Assembly: GCF_947568905.1 (NCBI RefSeq)
Contig: NC_079168.1
Coordinates: forward strand, 31,248,001 to 31,312,000
Direction: 5' to 3'
Length of the DNA stretch: 64,000 bases
Source of the DNA: Ostrea edulis
Taxonomy: Eukaryota
Within the stretch, counting starts at the first letter, position 1. Each line of letters begins with the position of its first letter. This document shows, piece after piece, positions 56,005-64,000 of this stretch. The position numbers and the translations under genes were made by a program. The notes under the pieces were generated by a model that saw only the letters and a program-made list of their open reading frames with translations, did no database searches and was not told where the DNA came from.

Positions 56005-56298
56005 AGACCGGTCGACAGGGGATGCTTACTCTTGAGTTCTTAACACACTGATTTTAACTACGTATAACTCCGTTTACCTGATCAAGATATAGGGCTCACG
56101 GCGGGTGTGACCGGTCGACAGGGGGTGCTTACTCCTCCTAGGCACCTGATCCCACCTCTGGTATATCCAGAGGTCCGTGTTCGCCCAACTCTCTATTTTG
56201 TATTGTTAATGGGAGTTATGAGATTGACCACTGTTTGTTATCTTCACTTTTACAGGAGTTATGAGATTGATCACTGTTCGTTATATCCACCTTTCTCT
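56005..56298 (+). mobile_element. Penelope-like terminus with partial duplication
   Basis: A short gaccggtcgacagggg piece, then the full terminus cactgattttaactacg...atccacctttc. Confidence 0.8.
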
Positions 56299-57638
56299 TA
56301 GATGACCTACTGCTATTAATCTGCGCCTGTATCGTCCGTCGTCCGTTAACAATTGAACATTTCTAACTTTTTAATAACTCCTTTTAAAGGAGCATCTTTG
56401 GGATAAGGTTAACCAAAATTGTAAATGTCAGGACTCCTGCACCCCTCGGGCCTTAGAGGCGGGACAAAAACTGTGAAAAATTGACCAATTTTCAAAAATA
56501 TTCTCCACAAATGCACATCTGTAAGAAAAAACAAAATGCATAAACATTTAAAACGAAAACCTCTACCAGAATTGTAAATTCCATTATCCCCGGGGTAGAG
56601 GTTCTGACTCCAGGGCTGGACCAAGCATGGCATCTAATGACTAAAACGTGCAAAATAATCCAAGCTAAATCTGAACCTTTGACAAGGAACTTTTTTGACA
56701 CCAATCTCTGAAGTCCTTCGTCAAAAATGGCGGAGATCTCGCAAAGTCACACTTTGGACTCAATCGTAACAACTCGACTATTTCCGTAACTGCAAATGAA
56801 CCTCGTATGTGGATCGACGCTATCAATGTCGGTTGCTATGTGCACAGAACTGTAACAATGACGTCAAAGACATGCATTACAATGTGAAACACAAGCTTTG
56901 GAGTTAAAACAAATGCATCTAAGATATCATACATATCTAATATATTCTACCACTACCAATTTCTACTTATAATATGATGCAATCTTTGCGCTGATCCATG
57001 TGCGAGTCTTCTTACCGGATATGGAAATGGACGAATTATGGCGTGATCCGATTGACATTGGACTAATATTGTGAACTTACGTGGATTATCATCCCAATCT
57101 TGTGTTCTCCTAGGTCGAAAGTACAGTGCACCACGATGTGATACGTCATGCCTACGCTTTGACAGCATATTACGTTGGCTGCGCTACATCAAACGTAAAC
57201 ACCGTCAGCATGTTATTGAAGATAAAGGTCAACTTTGTATTTGCTTGTAAGATCATTTTGAGCAGGTTTTTAAAATATTTTTTTTAAAAAAGTGTTGGAG
57301 CTCTGGTAGTTTTGAATAGAACCTTCCTTATATCGATATAAACGCGAATCTTATATTCCACATAAATCAATCTTGCCAGCTTGTCTGGCAACTGAAGTTG
57401 GCAGGAAAAGGTCCCTTGTCGATTTTTAGCACTACATCATGTGCGGTCTGATCTATCTATCGCAGGACTCGATATCCAACAGAGACATTGATCGCAGGCC
57501 TTTCGTTTGCATCGCTTGGTCAGCCAGGTTTATTTGATATATATAACACCGCTGTCAATAACTCAAATGTGTCTATCAAAATTATCGTACAAGGTTAAAG
57601 TTTTAGCTAATTACAGCGATGAAATATACAGGGTGTTT

Positions 57639-57688
<50 letters not shown>

Positions 57689-58304
57689 CATAAATACAAT
57701 TACCTCACTACAACAACAGAATAACGCAGTTAGTCATTAATTTTTTTAATCCTGGAGTTTACCACTATATTTCAATGTATTTTTATCAGGAGATATTTCA
57801 TGCAAAACAAATTAAATTTTGGAGACAAAAATCAATGAATTTTAGTTGAAATGAGATTCAGTCACATCAATCAACTGTGCAGGTCGAAATTAAAAGGTAA
57901 TTATTAAAAAAATATACTCTCAAGAGTATTACAAAGTAAAGAGCTAGGTTTACTTTATGCATGAAATGGCCTTTTTAATTTCCTGTTTCAATAAATTTTT
58001 TCACCCAATTTCTAGCAACATTATATAGTACAGACTCTGTACATTAATAAGATATCAATCATTTCTTTATTGAAGAGAAGTGCGTGGATATTAACATACA
58101 TTATTAAGATTTTGAACATGGGCATGTCCATAACGCGGAAATAATAAACGACAGCTCTCCCAATAACAAACCCTAAATATATGGTCGCAATCTGTGTTGT
58201 GATCATTCTATCGATAAATACTTTCCACCAATATCTGTGGCCATTATCAATGAAAATCTGTATACATGACAAACGGCATACTATTTGAAACAATGATAGG
58301 AGAT

Positions 58305-58725
58305 TCTTCCTCTTCCTAGGCACCTGATCCCACCTCTGGTATATTCAGACACCTGATCCCACCTCTGGTATATTCAGACACCTGATCCCACCTCTGGTAT
58401 ATTCAGACACCTGATCCCACCTCTGGTATATTCAGACACCTGATTCCACCTCTGGTATATTCAGACACCTGATCCAACCTCTGGTATATTCAGGCACCTC
58501 CCAACTCTGGCATATTCAGGCATCTGATCCCACCTCTGGTATATTCAGGCACCTGATCCCACCTCTGGTATATTCAGACACCTGATACCACCTCTGGTAT
58601 ATTCAGGCATCTGATCCCACCTTTGGTATATTCAGACACCTGATCCCACCTCTGGTATATTCAGGAGTCCGTATTTGCCCTACTCTTACTTTTATATTCC
58701 TTATTAAGAGTTATGAGATTGATCA
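58305..58725 (+). repeat. Penelope-like terminus with an internal 29-bp unit amplified ~12 times
   Basis: cacctgatcccacctctggtatattcaga repeated at 58321-58665, flanked by the normal continuation of the terminus on both sides. Confidence 0.9.
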
Positions 58726-58774
58726 GTTTCTTTTCATATTTGAATCCCATTACGTCATAATCTTAGAATTGTAG

Positions 58775-58818
<44 letters not shown>

Positions 58819-59069
58819 AAGTAAGTACTATGCGACCCTAGTTCTTAGTTCTAATTATATCAAAAACCTACTTATAATTTTTTGCTTAATTCTTAATTCT
58901 ATTGACAAACAAGTAAACCGAACCAAAGAGATGATAACAAATACAAATTATAAAAGCCTTTCATATTACTATCTAATTTACATCATGCATATATAACAAA
59001 CATCTGGAATCTAAACAAGAATTCTGAGAACATTGTAATAAATGTATAAATTATAACTATCTAGTTCGT

Positions 59070-60382
59070 CAATACAACCTATCATTGGGTCAAATGCTGT
59101 CTGTCTGACGTGTTTTATACCGATTGTTAGGTCGTTCTTGGTACACTGGTTTTGACTACGATAACTCCGTTTACCTGATCAGGATATAGGGCTCTCGTCA
59201 GGTGTGACCGGTAATAATAATAAATTCTTTTATTTAGACAGGATAGCACAATTAGTACAAATGACCAGTTTACATTGTGGTCCTGTATAAAACATATTCA
59301 CAGACAGATAAATGAGAGAATAGAAAAATATATGACATAATATAAAATATATACATAAAATATACACACGATATCACTGGGGGGAAAATATACATATACA
59401 TCATATCTATATATCACTTATTTGAGTAATAATGCTGCAAATATGCTGATTTAAAAGATGTAATAGAACCACAGCTTCTGACAGACTCGGGCAACTGATT
59501 CCATAAAATTGTGGAGGATACCTTAAAAGACCGTTTATGATATTCAGTTCGAACTTTTCGTAAATATAAAATGCCACTATCGCTACTTCTTGTTGTTCTG
59601 GAACTAACTTGGCTGACAAAACTAAAAACGTTCATATATTCTGGTGTCATGTTATTAAGAACCTAGTTTTCTATATACAAAATAATCATGAACAGGCATC
59701 CATTTAAGAACACTAAAAATATCGGCTGTAGAAGTCTGAGTTACTTTCACCTTCAATATAATTCTGGCTGCCCTTTTCTGTAATTCAAAAAGTCTGTCAA
59801 TAAAAACCCTGTTTTTGACTGAGCACCAAACTGTGCAACAATAATTAAAATTGAGAAAATATAAACAGTGTTATAAATTTTCAATAATGCTGCATTTGAC
59901 ATAAACGTTTGCAGACGACGTAAAATGCCTATTTTCTGTGAAAGTTTCTTGCATAAAGAATCAATGTGTACAGACCAGATTAGACATTCATCTATTTGTA
60001 CACCAAGAAGTTTGGCCGTTTTAACAGTATCTAAAACAATATCTCCTACTTTGATACACATTTTTCTACACTTTGAGAGTTTTTGTGCAGTGCCAATCAA
60101 CATACATTGTGTTTTCTCTAAATTCATCGTAAGTTTATTACTTTCCATCCATTTCATAGAGTTTAAAAGATCATCATGTAACCTTTGCTCAATAACATCA
60201 ATAAATTGATGTGAAACATCCTGAGATGTATCATCTACACCGGTCGACAGGGGATGCTTACTCCTCCTAGGCACCTGATCCCACCTCTGGTATATCCAGG
60301 GGTCCTTGTTTGCCCAACTATCTATTATGTATTGCTTATAGGAGTTATGAGATTGATCACTGTTCGTTATCTTCACCTTTCA
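59070..60382 (+). mobile_element. Penelope-like terminus split by a LINE insertion (59070-59212 and 60239-60382)
   Basis: The two halves rejoin into the consensus gtgtgACCGGTcgacagggg; ACCGGT is duplicated at 59207-59212 and 60239-60244. Confidence 0.85.
59213..60238 (-). mobile_element. 5'-truncated CR1/L2-type LINE (RT C-terminus, 3' UTR, (TTA)n tail)
   Basis: Starts at the catalytic xDDT motif; continues KTQCMLIG...KLLGVQID..L.W..HI..LCKKLSQKIGILRRL, then KRSFKVSSTILWNQLP...SFK. Tail aataaa...ttattattatt next to the 6-bp TSD. Confidence 0.88.
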
Positions 60383-60448
60383 TGTACCTAACTTCACTTT
60401 CAGGAAGCAAATATTTGATACAATAGATACAGTAATAATACTTGTGAA

Positions 60449-60948
60449 TTAAAGAGGCACGATTTTAACTTTCAAAAATTATTTTCCACATTTTTAATGT
60501 TTAAAATGCTTAACTAAGGTATTTCTAACGGTCAGCAAAAATTTGAAAGTCAGTTGTGGAGTTACGCGTGTGATATAGCACTCACAATTCCTCATAATGT
60601 AAACAAGGCTCGTGCCACATTGTTTACATAGATTTACTTCATAGAAAACATCATGTTTAAAAAAAATTTAGATGTGACAAACACTAGAAACTTCAATTGG
60701 GTTCAGAATTAACTTGTAAAATGAAAAATCTGCTTTAAACGAAGCATTTACTAGTATATCTAACCTATGTAAACAAAAACATGGCATGATCCTTGTTTAC
60801 ATAACAAAAAATTTCTCTTGTTAACTCGAGAACTGCCATTCAAAGTTCTGTTGACCATTAGAATATATTAGTTAAGCATCGTAAACATTAAAAATGGAAA
60901 AATAAGATTTTAAAATTTTCAGCTCGAATCGTGCCCATGTCATTCTAA
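60449..60948. mobile_element. Kolobok-like non-autonomous element
   Basis: ttaa-agaggcacgatt ... aatcgtgcccatgtcattctaa; TTAA-like flanks and degenerate TIRs. Confidence 0.45.
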
Positions 60949-61089
60949 GTGGACCAACCGTGAATAACGAAAGCGTAAATTCTGAAATTGTTCGCTAGAA
61001 AGCTATATGTATACACATGTTTCTCAGAAAGTTACCCAAAAATATAACACAAGCAAAGGACAACAACTCTTCTAAATGTGGATCAAAGT

Positions 61090-61715
61090 GACGTCACAAA
61101 AAGATGCACGAACTTTGCAAACAGAAAAAAAGATATTGGTCGAATAAAGGACTCTGTAGTTGATCTTCAATGGCGCTGGGTGAAGAAGAATTTAGTATTT
61201 ACGAGTTTAGCTGGTGAAACTAAAGAAGATACGGAGGCCAAATTGCGTGAATTTATCTACAACACTTCGAACTCGAAATCAACTGGAAACTGGACTTCGG
61301 AAACGTTCATCGATATGGACGATTTAACCAAAACAAAAACAGGCCGATCGTCGTACGGGAGTGATCGTGTAAGTGTACTGGAGAGAACACACACACATTA
61401 AAAGGATCAGGATTTTTGTACGGGAGTGATGGTGTACTGGAGAGGACATACACACATTAAAAGGATCGGGATATTTTTACGGGAGTGATGGTGTACTGGA
61501 GAGAATACACACAATAAAAGGATCAGGATTTTTGTTCGGGAGTGATCGTGTACTGGAGAGGGTACACACATTAAAAGGATCAAGATTTTCGTACGGGGGT
61601 GGTGGTGTACTGGAGAGGGTACTCACATTAAAAGGATCAGGATTCGGGATGCACGAGTAGTTTTCGCACCCGAATGAAGAATGTAGGAAACAGTTAGATC
61701 CGATTATAACTTAAC
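61090..61715 (+). pseudogene. LINE ORF1-like (RRM) remnant interrupted by a 58-bp tandem repeat
   Basis: VVDLQWRWVKKNLVFTSLAGETKEDTEAKLREFI, then after a frameshift LDFGNVHRYGRFNQNKNRPIVVR, typical of non-LTR ORF1p. Repeats at ~61355-61645. Confidence 0.65.
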
Positions 61716-61747
61716 TGAGACCCCAAGGAAATAGAGCCAAGCTGGTA

Positions 61748-63770
61748 AATGAAAGATGAAGTTAACGAATAGTGATCAATTTCATAACTCCTATAAGCAA
61801 TACAAAATAAAGAGTTGGGCAAACACGGACCCCTGGACACACCAGAGATGGTATCAGGTGCCTAGGAGGAGTAATCATCCCCTGTTGACCGGTCATACCC
61901 GCCGTGAGCCCTATATCCTGATCAGGTAAACGGAGTTATCCGCAGTCAAAATCAATGTGCCAAGAACGGCTTAACAATTGGTATGAAACACATCAGACAG
62001 CATTTGACCCAATGATATGTTGTATTAACAAACTAGATCGTTATAACGACCATAGAATTTGCGAAATGCTGACTTCAATCGAGACTGTTGAAACCCCTGT
62101 ACCATCAACTTGTTTGTCAGTAGCTTACCTTGATTTAAAAACTGACTATACGCAGAACAAGCTCTTGCATATCGAATCAGTTGAGATATTATATAAACAC
62201 CATATGCAGGTCATAATGGAATATTGCTACATAAATATGGGAAGTTGACGATGGAGAAGTTGAAATAATCCCGTTTGTCATACAGTTGAGTTGTCAGCTT
62301 GCCGTTAATGTCTACTTTCAATAAAATATCTACGTATGAAGCAGAAGTGGACGACTCTGTGGTGTCCTTTATTTCGAGCTCACAGGGATATATCAAATCG
62401 ACATATGAATGAAAGCTATTATTGTTAATAGACAAAACGTCATCGATCTATCTAAATGTCGAATTGAAGGCCGCAGCGAGAGATTTTTTCTTGCCACGTA
62501 GAAGTTTTTGAATAAATTTCGCTTCATACGAATATAGAAACATGTCAGCTAACAAAGGAGCACAATTCGTGCCCATGGGAATTCCAACAGACTGTTAAAA
62601 GACCTGATCACCAAACACCACGAAGATATTATCAATGAGGAACTCTAACATATTTTTTATTTCAACTTCAGAGTACTTGTGCGTGGAATCAGAGTGGTGT
62701 TTAACAAAGTAAGCTTTTGAATGACTGATCACTAGATATGAATATTTCCGTTTTCCGTTTTTGTTCAAGAAGCAACTGTCTATGATATCAAAAAATCTAG
62801 TCTTTAATTCATCGTGAGGAATGGTCGTGTATAGTGTTGAAAAGTCATAGGTTTTAATGTTATTGATTTGGGAAAAATTCTGCAATTTCAAGTTTACTAA
62901 AAGTTCTTTAGAATTTTGTAGAATCCACAATTGATTAATACCACTTCTGGCATATGTAGTCGCACAGTAAGTTTGAAGTTTCTCCTTCACAGCTGTTAAT
63001 AATTTCGTCAGGAGGAAAGATAGGGGCTTCGTAGAGCACTTACTGGATCCAGCAATGTATCTTTGTAAGAGTTGTTATGTAGTTTAAGAATCCAGTATAG
63101 GTACGGTAACTCATATTCATTCGCCCCATTGACTGAGATTTTAAATGTGTCTAAAACTGAAGCATGGTTTTGAAGAATTTCATCTTTTGAAAGGGCAGTT
63201 GGAGTATAAGTATGATTACCAAAAGTGGAATTAATACCAAGTTCGTTTAAAATACAGTTGTAATAATGAGCCTTACAAACAAAGACAATGTTGTTACTAG
63301 CTTTGTCAGCTGGAACCAAAACATATTCCTCATGTAACCTATCTAATTCTTTTATCACTTCTGGTTTACTAAATACAGAAGGATAGATGGTACGTAATTT
63401 TGTTTTCTTATGTCTAATGCGGGATTTTAATATCCCTCTTATACTTTTAACCCATTCTGACAATGTATCAAGTTCTTCTTTTTCATATTTAGCCCATCGT
63501 CTGGCATAATCTTCGACAAAATTCACAATAGAGATGAAGTTCTGTCGCCAATTAAAAGACCGAGGTTCTCTGTATTTAGGACCTTTTAGAATAAGTGATT
63601 TGAGGTCCTCATTTTCAACTATATCAACATCACCAGTAATGACATGTCCAGCTGGACTATAGTTGAAAGAAGATGAAGAACAAGAACATGTTGGTTGATT
63701 ACGTATAAGATGGTCTATATCTATGCACTGCAAAGTTTGTTTATAATTAAAAAGTTTGGATGCAATATCA
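61748..63770 (-). mobile_element. Penelope-like retroelement (Naiad/Chlamys-type), 5'-truncated and inactivated RT plus 3' terminus
   Basis: Linker KGPKYREP and VPADKASNN; RT motifs YDFSTLYTTIPH, GIPMGTNCAPLLAD and (Y>stop)IDD. Frameshift near 63075 and stops at ~62595, ~62450, ~62211. ORF ends DVFHTNC* at 61971 with no C-terminal GIY-YIG, then a ~220-bp terminus ending ...atctttcat. Confidence 0.85.
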
Positions 63771-63771
63771 A

Positions 63772-64000
63772 GTAAACGGAGTTATCCGTAGTTAAAATCA
63801 GTGTGCCACGAACTGTCTAACAATCGGTGTGAAACACGTCAGACAGCATTTGACCCAATGGTTGTATTGGAAAACTAGATCATTATAACGACATACATGT
63901 AGAATTTGCAAAATGCTGATTTTAAACGAGACTGTTGAAACACCTGTAACATCAACTTATTTGTCAGTAGCCTGCATCGATTTAAAAACTGATCATAAGC
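63772..64000 (-). mobile_element. 3' region of a second copy of the same Penelope-like element, tandem with the first
   Basis: Matches 61925-62150 (gtaaacggagttatcc...gatttaaaaactga) in the same orientation; lacks the terminal ~180 bp. Confidence 0.8.

Noticed and set aside
61748-61970. Hammerhead or HDV-like ribozyme in the Naiad-type terminus
   Set aside because: No CTGANGA...GAAA core on either strand, and I could not build a nested double pseudoknot by eye.
62209-62213. In-frame TGA in the Penelope-like RT as possible selenocysteine, since some Naiad elements are selenoproteins
   Set aside because: The paralogous copy at ~53208 has TCA (ccattatcacctgca) here, and the same ORF also has TAA and TAG stops plus a frameshift; simple decay.
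1-64000. CRISPR array or prokaryotic defence system suggested by the many short direct repeats
   Set aside because: Repeats are contiguous with no unique spacers, there are no cas-like ORFs, and the window is spliced eukaryotic DNA.

Overview
AT-rich eukaryotic genomic DNA. The repeat families suggest an oyster-like bivalve (inference). The only host gene I can support is an R7-family regulator of G-protein signalling (RGS7/RGS6/EGL-10-like) on the minus strand. Its four coding exons (40460-40591, 13205-13301, 6920-6970, 3419-3525) splice in frame with canonical GT-AG sites into the N-terminus and DEP domain, and the gene continues past the window start. The rest is repeat-rich intron and upstream DNA: Helentron-type non-autonomous elements with internal satellite cores, about nine copies of a ~260-bp SINE-like repeat, several MITEs, many minisatellites, and a dense cluster of decayed Penelope-like (Naiad-type) retroelements at 45-64 kb with CR1/L2-type LINE remnants. 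Top observations: (1) a retrozyme-like insert with two minimal type I hammerhead ribozymes exactly 350 nt apart (49.5-50.1 kb); (2) a 31-bp tandem array that duplicates the 3' splice site of an RGS7 exon 16 times, each copy followed by an in-frame stop; (3) the Penelope-like 3' terminus repeatedly seeding minisatellites and breaking at one ACCGGT palindrome. Almost all ORFs in the supplied track are repeat artefacts.
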